DNA of 64,000 nt from the human T2T-CHM13v2.0 reference genome, Homo sapiens, in assembly GCF_009914755.1 (NCBI RefSeq), contig NC_060931.1; one strand, written 5' to 3'. The position numbers and the translations under genes are program-made. Positions 20,549 through 38,708 of the stretch are shown one piece after another (positions within the stretch are counted from its first letter, which is position 1; each line of letters begins with the position of its first letter). Below the pieces are notes generated by a model that did no database searches, was not told the DNA's origin, and worked only from the letters and a program-made list of their open reading frames with translations.

Positions 20549-21230
20549 TAGAGATGGGGTTTTGCCATGTTGGCCAGGGTGGTCTCAAACTCCTGGCCTC
20601 AAGCAATCTGCCTGCCTCACCTCCCAAAATGGTGGGATTATAAGCATGAGCCACAGCATCTGGCCTGGGCTGACTCTAGGGAACTCTTTGTCCAGGTCGC
20701 AGTTTCATCTCTGCCCCACTTCGGGAGTGTCGTGCTCAGAGGAGCCTGTCCCAGGTCCCATCTTCCATTTCGGAGTCTGCAAGGAAGGTTTCGGCAACAG
20801 CCTGCTCAGGCTCTCCCCTCCCTGCGATGACCCCACAGAATTCCAAGGGTCTCTGGAGCAAAAGGGGCTATTTCTGGGCCCAGGCTCCGTGTCCATGTTT
20901 GGTCTTCAAGGAGCACGTGGTGAACCTGCCAAGGCTTCATCCCGTCACCCTCTTGGGAGGGCACAGATCTCCTTCCTCCTCCAAGGCCTCAACAAACAAC
21001 AGCTGGGAATGCGGCTTCCAAAGCTGGCTGGAAAGGACTCCCCTCACCCCTCACTACCCCAAGGCGAGGGCCCAAAGGGAGCCTCTTGACATTGATTGGG
21101 ATTTATTTCCTCCTTTTCATCAAGAATAATTTCAAGCCTAGGCAACATAGTGAGACCCCGTCTGTACAAAAAAAAATTTTTTTTTAATTAGCCAGGCATG
21201 GTGGTGCACACCTGCAGTCCCAGCTACTCA

Positions 21231-21350
<120 letters not shown>

Positions 21351-21367
21351 TTATGATTTCAGATTAA

Positions 21368-21846
<479 letters not shown>

Positions 21847-22002
21847 CTAGAACCTTAAAAATATATATACATTTACATCCTCAGTTTTTTAAATATTCCA
21901 TTGTATGGGCTGGGCATGGTGGCTCACACCTGTAATCCTAGCACTTTGGGAGGCCAAGGCAGGGGGATCACTTGAGCCCAGGGGTTTGAGACCACGTCAC
22001 TA

Positions 22003-22800
<798 letters not shown>

Positions 22801-23280
22801 TCATGGGGCATTTTGTGATGCTCACCTACCGTCACAGAACTCGACAAGAAACCAAGAAAAGAATGAAAGAGGAAAAGGGAGGGGAGAGATTGGAACTTAG
22901 GGGCCTATTTCCTAAATCTGGCTGTCTGGGGGGCAGGGACCAAGCCCTCTGCATGTGTCAAGTCCGGGGGTTTCTGGATGTGCATGCCAAGAACGTCTCC
23001 ATCTCCACCACTCCCCAAATGGAGCACGGTGCTTGGGAGTCATCGTTCCCATCCCAGAGATCTGGCTATCATTCATTCAATAAATATGTCTTCATCATCT
23101 AATAGGTGCTAGGCACTTCACATATATGAACTCATTTAATTCTTCTAACAACGGGATTTAGGGCCAGGCGCAGCGACTCATGCCTGTAATCCAAGCGCCT
23201 TGGGAGGCCGAGGCAGGCAGATCACGAGGTCAGGAGTTCGACACCAGCCTGGCTAACACTGTGAAACCCTGTCTCTACTA

Positions 23281-23478
<198 letters not shown>

Positions 23479-23879
23479 TCAGATGCTGACTCATTGTGTT
23501 ATCTTTGGGCAAACTGCTTCACCCCTCCGAGCCCATTTGCTCACCTGCTGAAAAGAGACCATTACTCATCTGCCCCACCCGCCTGCCCAGGCTATTGGAA
23601 GGATCAAAATTAGATTTTGGACTCCGGGGACGTCTGTTTTTATTGTTGTGCCAATGCCAACCCATGACTCTGGGGAATTTTTTTCAGCCAGAGGATTTAA
23701 GCCCGCTTGATTTCTATAGAAAAACCCATTAAACTTTCTCCAGATACCATGAGCCAATGATTCCGTCCAATGCGCTTCTTGCTGCATTTTTAAAGGCAGG
23801 GCACTCTGTGTGCCCACTCACTCTTGGGCAGTGCTAGCCACCTGAAAATTAACCTGAGGCCTTCCCCAAAGCAAACTCC

Positions 23880-24045
23880 CTCTTCCTTCTTTCTTTCTTT
23901 CTCTTTCTTTCTTTTCTTTCTTTCTTCTTTCTTTCTTTTCTTTCTTTCTCTTTTTCCTTCCTTCCTTCCTCTTTCTTTCCTTTCTTTCTCCTTCCTTCCC
24001 TCCTTCCTTCCTTCCTTCCCTCTCGCTCTTTTTCTTTCTTTCTTT
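23880..24045 (+). repeat. (CTTT/CCTT)n pyrimidine-rich repeat (tail of a minus-strand Alu)
   Basis: Low-complexity CT tract adjoining the Alu at 24055. Confidence 0.85.
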
Positions 24046-26102
24046 CATCTGTTTATTTTGTTTTGAGATGGAGTCTGGCTCTGCCACCCAGGCTGGAGTG
24101 CAGTGCTGGCATCTCAGCTCACTGCAAGATCCACCTCCTGGGTTCAAGCGATTCTCCTGCCTCAGCCTCCTGAGTAGCTGGGATTACAGCACCCGCCACC
24201 ACACCCGGCTAATTTTTGTATTTGTAGTAGAGATGGGGTTTCACCATGTTGGCCAGGCTGGTCTTGAGCTCCTGACTTCAGGTGATCCACCCGCCTTGGC
24301 CTTCCAAAGTGCTGGGATTACAGGCATGAGCCACAGCGCCTGGACTATTTTATTGTAGAGACAGAGTCTCACTCTGTCACCCAGGCTGGAAGTGCAGTAG
24401 TGTGAAGACGGCTCACTGTAGCCTCAAGCTCCCCTGCCTCAGCCTCCCGAGTAGCTGGGATTACAGGTGCCCGCCACCACGCCCAGCTTATTATTTTTTT
24501 ATTTTTGTAGAGACAGAGTCTTGTTATATTGCCCAGGCTGGAGAAGCAACATTATCTGAGATGGAACTTTCTGGAATATTAACCATTAAACCTCCCCACC
24601 CTCATGAGAAGCTCAAACCACAAGAGACCAAGGGGCAGCTCTTGCTGCACGGGGCCAGGAGCTGATGGCTTCCTTTGCTCCAGATCCACCTGCCATCCTT
24701 TTCCACCCCATCCTGGGTCCAGGAGGCTGACCCCCCAGGTACCTGCCTGGGTTCCTACTTTCTGGCTCTGGTTGGGTTTGGCCACAGGAGATGCTGAGAG
24801 GAGATGGGTGCGCAGGAGGGGAGAGGTGAATGCACCCCCGGCCCTGCTGGGTCTGGTCGGGCGGCAGTTGCACTGTCCCCCTGGAGTTGCTCCGTGCCCC
24901 TGGGGGCCAACGCTTCTCCCACAGCCACATCCAGGGTGCAGGGGCTTCCCCTATGGCCTGAGCAGGCGGTGCTTTACTGTACCTATTGTCTTTCTTGAAC
25001 TCTGCCCCACCTCAGTAAATTGTCTCTTCATTAAACCCTATGCAGTGAGGCCAGGCACCACGGCTCACGCCTGTAATCCCAGCACTTTGGGAGGCCAAGG
25101 CGGGCGGATTGCTTAAGCCCAGGAGTTCGAGACCAGCCTGGGCAACATAGCAAGATTGACCTCCATCTCTAAAGAAATAAAAATAAAAATAATCAGCCTG
25201 GGCCAGGCGCAGTGGTTCACGCTCGTAATCCCAGCACTTTGGGAGGCCGAGGCAAGTGGATGTGGATCATGAGGTCAGGAGTTCAACACCAGCCTGGCCA
25301 ACACAGTGAAACCCCGTCTCTACTAAAAATACAAAAATTAGCTGGGTGTGGTGGCAGGCGATTGTCATCTCAGCTACTCAGGAGGCTGAGGCAGGAGAAT
25401 CGCTTGAACCCAGGAGGCGGAGTTTGCAATGAGCTGAGATCACGCCGCTGCACTCCAGCCTGGGTGACAGAGCAAGACAAGACTCCGTCTCAAAAATAAA
25501 AAAATAATCAGCCTGGCATGGTGGTGCCTGCCTGTAGTCCCAGCTACTTGTGGGGCTGTGTGAGGCGGGAGGATCACTTGAGCTCAAGCAATTGAGGCTG
25601 CATTGAGCTATGATGGCACCACTACATTCCAGCCTGGGTGACAGAGCAAGACCCTGTCTCTCATAAACAGACAAATAAACAAACGCTCTGCAGTGGCCCC
25701 ACTGGAGTGTGCTCTTTCCTGCTGGGACCTGGACTAGGACAGAAAGATAACCTCCTGCCAGAGAACAGACCTTCCCAAAATCACTGTGGGGCAGGGGGCC
25801 CGTTTCTTCTCACCAGCCTCTGCCCCCATCAGCCAGAGCGTGCTGATCACATGGGAATAAGCAAGAAGCACCTCGGGACCCAGGCTTGGGAGGGTGGCCC
25901 ATAGATGGGATCCAGGCCCTGGCTGCCAGGTGACGGCTCCCACCAGCAGCCTCTCCCCAATCTCTGGACACTGCCCTGAAAGTGCCCAGGAGGGGATGGG
26001 ATGGGGATCATCGTACGATTGCAAACAATTGAGCTTAAAGACTTATACAACACATAATCCTAATATCAGGTGGAGAAAAATGTAAATTTCACCTCAATTT
26101 TA

Positions 26103-26357
<255 letters not shown>

Positions 26358-26360
26358 TTA

Positions 26361-26519
<159 letters not shown>

Positions 26520-26732
26520 TTAGTTTAATTTTAAAATAATAAAAAAATAAAAACAAACATGTCAGGTGGTCAGATTTGGGGGAATGACATATCCGAAGGC
26601 AAAGCTCTGGGCTTCCCATGCCCACAGACTGGCAGCATCCATGTTTGGAAGACCTCCAAGCCAAAATCTTATTTCAATTTTAGGGAATCTGAGGCCCAGC
26701 GTGGGAGAAGTGAGGTTCATCCTCTATTGTGA

Positions 26733-27086
<354 letters not shown>

Positions 27087-27399
27087 TAATACGATTCTTC
27101 ATTGCTGGATTCCAGTTGTGAAAACACAATAATACATTTGTAAATGGATTGTTGTCAGGGTCAGATGATAATAGGAAGCATTTGAAAACATCTATATGAA
27201 CTTAATAAAAGGTTCTCTGGGTTCAAAATAGCTGCTTTTCAAACCTAGAGAGATTTAAAAAAGGAAATCAGCTTTGTGCTCAGGTAGGTTCCTTTCTCTC
27301 TTAAGAATGAATTGGGGGATCAACAACCCGAATATAAAAGCTAAAACCGGACAACGCTTAGAGGAAAACACAGGGGCAAATTTTCAAGACCTCGAATGT

Positions 27400-27766
27400 G
27401 GCGATGGTTTTTTTGTTTTTGTTTTTGTTTTTTTATTATACTTTAAGTTTTAGGGTACATGTGCACATTGTGCAGGTTAGTTACATATGTATACATGTGC
27501 CGTGCTGGTCCTTTGCAGGGACATGGATGAAATTGGAAATCATCATTCTCAGTAAACTATCACAAGAACAAAAAACCAAACATCGCATATTCTCACTCAT
27601 AGGTGGGAACTGAACAATGAGATCACATGGACACAGGAAGGGGAATATCACACTCTGGGGACTGTGGTGGGGTGGGGGGAGGGGGGAGGGATAGCATTGG
27701 GAGATATACCTAATGCTAGATGACGAGTTAGTGGGTGCAGCGCACCAGCACGGCGATGGTTTTTTT
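27400..27766 (-). mobile_element. Short 5'-truncated, 5'-inverted L1PA2-type insertion with 15-bp TSD
   Basis: TSD ggcgatggttttttt at 27400-27414 and 27752-27766; T-rich tail; reverse-strand L1 3' end to ~27509, then a forward-strand L1 segment. Diagnostic GAG rather than the Ta-type ACA in gatgacGAGttagtggg. Confidence 0.9.
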
Positions 27767-28524
27767 AAAGATGACACCAGAAGCACAAACAACAAGAGAA
27801 AAAAATAGATAGATTGGATTCAGCAAAATTAACTCTTGTGCATCAAAGAACATTATCAAGGCCAGACACGGTGGCTCACGTCTGTAATCCCAGTACTTTG
27901 GGAAGCTGAGGCGGGCAGATCACCTGAGGTCAGGAGTTCGAGATCAGCCTGTCCAACATGGCGAAACCCCGTCTCTACTAAAAATACAAAAATTAGACAA
28001 GCACAGTGCCAAGCTTGTGCCTGTAGTCCCAGCACTTTGGGAAGCAGAGGCAGGAGGATTGCCTGAGCCCAGGAGTTCGAGACCAGCCTGGGCAACACGG
28101 CAAGTCCCCATCTCTACAAAAAATACAAAAATTAAGGAGGTGCTGTGGTGCCTGACAGTAGTCTCAGCTACTTGGGAGTCTGAGATGGGAGGATCGCTTG
28201 AGCCTGGAAGGTTGAGGGGCTGCCGTGAGCCATGATTGTGCCACTGCATTCCAGCCTGGGCAACCGAGTGAGATCATGTCTCAAAAATAAATAAATAAAT
28301 AAATGGCAAAAGACTTAAACAGACATTTCTCCAAGGAAGATAAACAAGTACCAACAAGCACATGGCAAAGTCCTCAGCATCATCAGTCATTAGGAAAATG
28401 CAAATCAAAATCACAGTGAGATGCCACTTCACATCCACTAGTATGACTATGACTTTTTTTTAGTCCAATCAACATGTTTATTAAGCAACTACGTACTAAA
28501 TATTTAGGAGTACCATATCCCATT

Positions 28525-29565
<1,041 letters not shown>

Positions 29566-29814
29566 GATGACTACAATTTTTACAAATGGAAATAATACGT
29601 GTCAGTGAGAATGTGGAGAAATTAGACCCCTTGTGGCAGTTCCTCAAACAGCTAAATGTAGAATTATCATACGACCTAGAAAGTCCACTCTTAGATAAAT
29701 ATGCAAAAGAATTCAAAACAGGCACTCACAAAATATATGTGCACATATGTTCACAGCAGCATTATTCACAATAGCCAAACAGTGGAAACAAACCAAATGT
29801 CCATCAATGAATGA

Positions 29815-29979
<165 letters not shown>

Positions 29980-30693
29980 TGAGTAGCTGAGATTACAGGC
30001 GCCCACCTCCACGCCTGGCTAATTTTTTGTATTTTTAGTAGACATGGGGTTTCACCGTGTTGGCCAGGCTGGTTTTGAACTCTTGACCTCAAGTGATCCG
30101 CCCGCCTCGGCCTGGGATTACAGGCATGAGCCACCGCACCTGGCCAGATTATTATTCAGCCTTAAGAAGGAATGAAGTGTTGGTACAAGATACAGCATGG
30201 ATGAACTTTGAAAATGTTATGTTAAGTAAAAGAAGCCAGATGCAAAAGGTTACACATTGTGTGATTCCATTCATATGAAATATTTAGAATAGGTAAAGCC
30301 ACAGAGGCAGAAGTCTGATTGGTGGTAACCAGGAGCCAGGGGAGAAATTGTTTATTGGGTAGTAGGCTTCCTTTTGGGCTGATGAAGACGTTCTGAAACT
30401 AGATAGAGACTATAGTTGCACAACATTCTGAGTGCACTAAATGCCACTGGATTGTTGGCTTAAAGCAGTTAATTTTATGTTATGTAAATTTCACCTCAAT
30501 TTATTTACACGTAGTTAAGATTTAATAACTTTCAAAAAAGTCAATGACATTTAAATATGCATCATTGATGAAGGAGTTTAGTCCATTTTCGTCATAGGAC
30601 TACATACAGTTGAGCTTTACGGCTTATACAGGCCAGCCAAGGTGGCTCACACCTGTAATCCCAGCACTTTGGGAGGCCGAGGCAGGCGGATCA

Positions 30694-30969
<276 letters not shown>

Positions 30970-31729
30970 TCAAGTGAATAAAAATGTAAATTTCACGTCA
31001 ATTCTTAAAAAGTGAATTGAGGATGTAGAGGGTGGAGACAGGGGGATGATGGATGCCAGGAAGCACGTCCTCCAGGCAGTTTCTCCCTCTAGATGCAGAG
31101 GCCATCTCTGAACTCAAGGACAGCACAAAGGACTCCTAGGGTTCACCCACCCAGCCACCCACTTTACAGATGGGAAAGTCAAGGCCAGAGAGGGCGGGGA
31201 CTTGCCCAAGGCTACATGTCGCATGGGAAGCCACAGAGGAGTTACAGCGAGGGCTTCAGGGCTTGAGGCTGGCACTGAGCCATGACACTACATGGCCATG
31301 GGGGCTGCAGGGGGCCCATGGCTGTGATCAGAATAGTAAAGTCCAAGTTAACATGGGCCTTCCAGCCTGAACATGTGGAAGGGACAGTGTCATCAACCCA
31401 TTGGTTATCCCAGTTCATCCAAGCCAAAGGCTCTGTATGAGTCAACCCAGGTCTTCCTTGACCGTCGGCCCCTCCATGAAGGCAGTTGTAGCTTTAAAAG
31501 GAAAACTCATTACCCAGCTGTTCTATTTCTGCCCACAGCCTTCACCGCTGGGTTGAGGTCATCAGTTTCCCCACAAGGGTAATGGGAGGAAGGCGAATGT
31601 CTTAGATGCCCCCTGAGGGACCCAGGAGTGCCCAGTCAGGCCCTGGAAGGAGAGGCCAGCTAAGCTCCTGGACCCCTGAGGGCTTCTCTTCTTTTTTAAG
31701 GTTTTGCTGACCCAGACCTGTTAGGCAGG

Positions 31730-31736
31730 TATAAAA
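31730..31736 (+). promoter_or_regulatory. MYH16: Candidate TATA box of MYH16
   Basis: Canonical TATAAAA(GGGG) in unique sequence, with a pyrimidine-rich initiator-like stretch ~25-30 nt downstream and a CAG|GTAGGA donor at 31787/31788. E-box CAGCTG at 31515-31520 and reverse CCAAT (ATTGG) at 31400-31404. Confidence 0.6.
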
Positions 31737-31759
31737 GGGGATGGCCAGGCTCGGCCAGT

Positions 31760-31787
31760 CACCCAGTCTCTTCCAGTGTGGTCTCAG
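31760..31787 (+). other. MYH16: Candidate short non-coding first exon of MYH16 (start approximate)
   Basis: Lies between the TATA box and a good donor site. The ATG-bearing exon at 37649 has an acceptor and so needs an upstream exon. Sarcomeric MYH genes typically begin with short non-coding exons. Confidence 0.5.
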
Positions 31788-31798
31788 GTAGGAACCTA

Positions 31799-32215
<417 letters not shown>

Positions 32216-32777
32216 CTACTCCAGCCTGGGCCACAGAGTCAGACCCTGTCTCAAAAACAAAACAAAACAAAACAAAAACCTCCCCCAAGTGATCTGTGTT
32301 GCATGCCCGCTGGATGTACAGTTGAGGGGACTAGTCTGGAGAGCTGCTAGGACTCCCATGTATCCACAAGTGAGACAGGGGAAACCAGGATTCAAACCCA
32401 GATCAGCCTCCTTCCCCTGCACCACCTGCCTTCCTTGGTGCGTGATGCTGGATTCATGGGTTCTATCCCTACTCTGTCCTTCCCTTGGTCTGCAAACCAT
32501 CATCTTTCCCTCTGAAGAGTCTCAGCTTTTGCATTCCACGAGCTACATTGTCTATATGTTTTGTGGTTCATGATTTATTTAGGTCGGTCTTGGTTATCAA
32601 AGATACCCGAGAAGAGCCATTGCCTGGAGGGACAGGGGGGCTTTGCATTCAGGGAGGCCTGGAAGTGGGGAGTCATTAGCAAGCAGGAGGCTGGTAGCCA
32701 CTAAAAGGGATGGAACCTGGTGTCAGAGACCTGCACGTCCCTCAGGGCAGCTCCTGGCTGGAGGGGCCTGTGCCCTA

Positions 32778-33029
<252 letters not shown>

Positions 33030-33337
33030 TCAGGAGACTGAAGCAGGAGAATTGCTTGAGCCCAGGAGGGGCAGAGGTTGCAATGAGCTGAGATCACGCC
33101 ACTGTACTCCAGACTGGGTGACAAGAGCAAAACTCCTTCTGAAAAAACAAACAAACAAACAAACAAAAAATACAAGGGCCTGGCACAGCGGCTTATACGT
33201 GCAAATTCAGCACTTTGGGAGGGCGAGGTGGTAGGATTGCTTGAGGCCAGGAGTTCAAGGCTTCACGGAGCTATGATTGCATCACTGCACTCCAGCCTGG
33301 GTGACAGAATGAGACCCTGTTCTAAATAAATAAATAA

Positions 33338-33712
<375 letters not shown>

Positions 33713-33738
33713 TAGCCAGGATGGTCTCGATCTCCTGA

Positions 33739-33996
<258 letters not shown>

Positions 33997-34100
33997 TAAT
34001 TTTTATTTTATTTCATTTCATTTCATTTCATTTCATTTCATTTCATTTCATTTTATTTTAATTTTATTTTATTTTATTTTGAGACAGAGTCTCACTCTGA

Positions 34101-34190
<90 letters not shown>

Positions 34191-35405
34191 TAGCTGGGAC
34201 TACAGGCACATACCACCAGGCTCGGCTAATTTTTTTGAATTTTTAGTAAAGATGGGCTTTTGCCATGTTGACCAGGCTGGTCTCGAACTCCTGGCCTCAA
34301 GTGAGCCACCCATCTCGGCCTCCCAAAATGCTGAGATTACAGGCGTGAGCCACAGCAGCCTGCCTAACCTTCTAATTTTTATAGAGACAGGGTCTCGGTA
34401 CGTTGCTCAGGCTGGTCTTGAACTCCTGGCCTCGAGCAATCCTCCTGCCTCAGCCTCCTAAAGTGCTGGAATTACAGCCGTGAGCCACCTCCACCCAGCC
34501 AATCACCGGTATTTTCATATCAAATTACAGTAGTTGCAGACATCTCAAAATATAATTAATTCTTACTGCTGCTCCAAAACTATAGTACTTGTGAGACCTG
34601 CTGCTAGATTATGTTATTTGATGCATTTATAAAGAGGCACATCTATTACTAGATCATGCATTTTTAATATTTTATTAATTATATTTTAATGTCATGTATT
34701 TCCTTGGTAATCCTACATATTTTATTGCTTGAATTTGAAACATTTTGTCCAATAGGACCACAGGTATCGCCAGACAACCAAAGAGGTCCCTGGCCCATGA
34801 GGGCACAAGACCCCTGCCCACCTCCTCTCCTTTCTTGTTTCTGTGCAACAGCCGAGCTTTCCGGGCTAGGATGGCGGGGGCGGGTGACGCAGAAAAAAAG
34901 TTCCAGCCAGAACTCTCTACGCCAGGCCCCATAGGAAGACAAGAGGAGGAGAAAGCGCCTGGCTATGCCTCAGTGGCTTGCCTGTTGTGACTCAGCTTCT
35001 TTTGGAAAAACTGGGGGTGTTGGCAGGAGAGACTGTAGGCGCAGTACAGCAAGGGCCCAGCGCACAATTAGGAGTCCCTCATCTAAAGGCTGAGGCTGTA
35101 CCCTTGGCCTTGAGAAATGCATTGCTGGCAAAGAGGCTCAGAACCACACCCTCCCTGAAACTTCGAGAAGGTTCTTCAACCCCAAGACGAACTGGGGAGG
35201 CCCCTGATTTCTGTCTTTGTTCCCTTGAGCCTCCAGTTCCCCTCCTTCCTGGGGATTCAGTGAAACTGTTTGGGGTTTGGGAATTGAGAGACCCAGACTG
35301 TCCTCGTTTTAGGAGAGATAATAATTGACCCAGGCAGTCATTTTGTACTAGGGACCGCTGGATGTCTGGTGAAGCCTGTGGACTCCACTCAGATTAGTGT
35401 TTTTA

Positions 35406-35603
<198 letters not shown>

Positions 35604-35883
35604 CTACTCAGGAGGCTAAGGCAGGAGAATTGCTTGAACCCAGGAGACAGAGGTTGTAGTGAGCCAAGATTGCAGCACTGCACTCCAGCCTGGGCAACAG
35701 AAGAAAACTCCGTCTCAAAAAAAAAAAAAAAAAAAAAAGGTAAAATAAAATACACAGAGCTGCAAAGGAAACGAATGGTATTGTAATACTGGCTGGGTGC
35801 GTGCGCTGGCTCAAAAACCAGTAATCCCAGCACTTTGGGAGGCCAAGGTGGGAGAATCACTTGAGGCCAAGAGTTTGAGATCA

Positions 35884-36117
<234 letters not shown>

Positions 36118-36577
36118 CTAATTTGTGACATGGCAGTAAGGCAATAATAAATGTCCTTCTTTATTAAAAAATTTAAAGAACAGTATCAAACCAAGGGCTT
36201 AAAGAGACCATAATTTTAAAGTTGAGATGAAGATAAACAGTATTTTGAGACATCTGCAGCCACCCTAACGAGAAGTGAAGAGCTTTGATTTTTGCTGGGA
36301 GCAAATAGAGGCTGTGGTGCTACGGAGGTCTGTGGCCTCTGTTCATATCAGATAGAAAGTGAAAACCAAGTGGCAATTGTTTTCCTGTCCCATTTCACAG
36401 ACCCTGGGTAGAAACCCTACCTTTAACCTCTCCATGCCCCAGTGTTCTCCTCCATAAAATAGGCTTCCTGATCCCTACCTCACAGCCTTAGTATGAGGAA
36501 CATATGAGATGAAAGAGGCAGAAGCATTTGTGTTGTTGGGGGTGAGGGGGTACTTAACTGTGAAGATTTATTAGCTT

Positions 36578-37503
36578 ATTTCATTTTTAAATATAACTTC
36601 AACTTTTAGATTCAAGGGGTATACATGCAGGTTTGTTATATGGGTATATTGAGTGACACTGGGATTTGGGATCCAAATGATCCCATCACACAGGTGGTGA
36701 GCATAGCATCCAATAGGCCATTCTTCAATCCTTGCCTCCCTCCTGCTCTCCCCCATCTAGTAGTCCCCAGGGTCTATTGTTTCTATCTGTCTGTACCCAA
36801 TATTTAGCTCCCACTTATAAGTGAAAACATGTGGTATTTGGTTTTCTGTTTCTATGTTAATTCACTTAGAATAATGGCCTCCAGCTGCATCCATGTTGCT
36901 GCAAAGGACATGATTTCATTCTTTTTTATGGCTGCATAGTATTCCATGGTGTATATGTACCACATTTTCTTTCTGTTTTTGGCTTTTTTTTTTTAAGACA
37001 GGGTCTTGCTCTGTCACCTAAGCTGGAGTGCAGTAGTACAATCATGGCTTCCTGCAGCCTTGACCTCCCCAGCTCAAGCAATCCTCCCGCCTTAGCCCTG
37101 AGGATAGCTAGGACTACAGGCACACATCACCATGCCCAGCTAATTTTTTAATGTTTTTGTAGACATGGGGCCTTGATATATTGCCCAGGCTGGTCTCAAA
37201 CTCCTGGGCTCAAGCTGTCCTTCCACCTTGGCTTCCCATAGTGCTGGGATTATAGGTGTGAGCCACTGTACCTGGCCTGTACCACATTTTCTTTATCTAA
37301 TCCACCACTGATGGCCACCTAGGTTGATTCCATGTTTTTGCATTGTGAATAACACTGCAGTGAACATACAGGTGCATGTGTCTTTTTGGTAGGAAAACTT
37401 ATTTTTCCCTTTTTTTAGATACCCAGGAATAGGATGGCTGGGTTGAATAACAGTTCTAAGTTCTTTGAGAAATCTCCAAATTGCTTTCTACAGTGGCTGA
37501 ACA
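36578..37503 (-). mobile_element. Older primate L1 (L1PB-like) 3' end interrupted by an AluJ
   Basis: ttcaacttttagattcaaggggtatacatgcaggtttgttata...tttagctcccacttataagtga...ttctttgagaaatctccaaa; ends ~150 nt upstream of the first coding exon acceptor. Confidence 0.75.
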
Positions 37504-37711
37504 ATTAGCTTCTTTCTTATTCTTGGTTATGAAAGCCTAATAGCACCAAGACAGACAAGGTGACATGAGAGAAGCAAGCCTCTGTCTTTCTCGGGACATT
37601 GACTTCAGCCTGTGAGCCTCAGCAGCTTGTCTCTGCTTCCCCCTACAGCACCCAGGGAAGTCCTGGTTCCTGCCCTCAGCTCCTTCCTGCTCCATCCTCA
37701 ACCAAGCCACC

Positions 37712-37921
37712 ATGCCTGGTGGGTACAAAGGGGAGTGTGGGGACGATGTGGACCCTATGCCTTTCCTGGCACCTCCTGAAAAGGAGAGGATTGAAGCCAT
37801 GAACAAGCCCTATGACATTAAGAGGTCCTGCTGGGTCAAAGATGAGAAGGAAGGCTTCGTCGCTGGGGAGATCCAGTCTGAACAGGGTGACCAAGTCACC
37901 GTGAAGACGATCACCAACCAG
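37712..37921 (+). CDS. MYH16: MYH16 coding exon 1 (exon 37649-37921), N-terminus and SH3-like domain start
   Basis: GCCACC-ATG Kozak context; MPGGYKGECGDDVDPMPFLAPPEKERIEAMNKPYDIKRSCWVKDEKEGFVAGEIQSEQGDQVTVKTITNQ; acceptor ccctacag ends at 37648; donor gtgagt at 37922. Confidence 0.93.
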
Positions 37922-38411
37922 GTGAGTGGGGCACGATCTCCAGGATGAAACCAAGTGGCAGGCACCCAGGCCTTTTCTAGGCATGCTCCCGCCCAGAAGG
38001 CAGGGTGGCAGAAAGAGCAGGTGCCTCCGAGTCCCATGTGCTGGGGTCAAATCCAGACTCGCCTACACTCAAGCTGTGTGGCCCTGGGCAAGACGCATTC
38101 CCTCTCTGAGCTATATCACAATAGAGATTCCGAGACAGATCACATGAAAGCACTTCATAGACTCTAAGACAGTACTGTGCGTAAGGGATGATCGTGAGAG
38201 TTACTTATCTTTGATGTCTCAAACAGCTCTCAAGTGGAAGCTATTTTCTAAGCATGAGAGTGAGCATGTCACTTATGAGCAGTGTCACTGTGTGCCATGG
38301 CCCCTGGTGGCATGAGGGCCATGAGAGAGGGCACAGAACACCCTGGCTCACTGGGTGAGCTCTTCAGCTGCATGAAGAACAGATGGTGGTTCCCAGGTCT
38401 CTTGGAGCATG

Positions 38412-38708
38412 GCGGTGGTGTGCTGGATGTGATGGCTTCCGATGGCTTTTAACGTGTTGCAAGGACCCAACCTGGCTAATGATGGCTTGCAGGGACTCAA
38501 CCTGGCTTATCGTGGATTGCAGGGATCCAACCTGGCTTGTGATGGTTTGCAAAGACCCCAACACTAAACAATGAGGGATTTTACAGCCAGTTGTTAAACC
38601 TTGGGTAGCTTGCTATCAGCCGTGATGGAAGTATTTATACCATGGAAATGGGAATATGCTGTAAATCAGGGACACTTCCCCCCAGACAGCTGGTTTACCA
38701 ACCCACCC
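38412..38708 (+). mobile_element. MER63A-like hAT-Blackjack element with an internal 30-bp tandem repeat
   Basis: Termini gtggtgtgctgga...ggtttaccaacccacc; internal gccagttgttaaacc...gtatttataccatggaaat similar to the second copy at 57503. Confidence 0.65.

Noticed and set aside
27400-27766. Active human-specific L1HS-Ta insertion
   Set aside because: It carries GAG rather than ACA/ACG, and the A allele in cttaaagtataa, which indicate an older L1PA2-type element.
34852-34883. Possible second non-coding MYH16 exon (good acceptor at 34851, CGG|GTGACG donor)
   Set aside because: The donor is weak and inclusion would add a strong out-of-frame upstream ATG (34871). The 'exon 18' numbering can be explained by homology to MYH7 and does not require this exon.
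38457-38562. 30-bp repeats as a CRISPR-like array or a coding repeat (minus-strand ORF 38364-38564)
   Set aside because: Units are contiguous with no unique spacers, in primate intronic DNA; this is an ordinary minisatellite.
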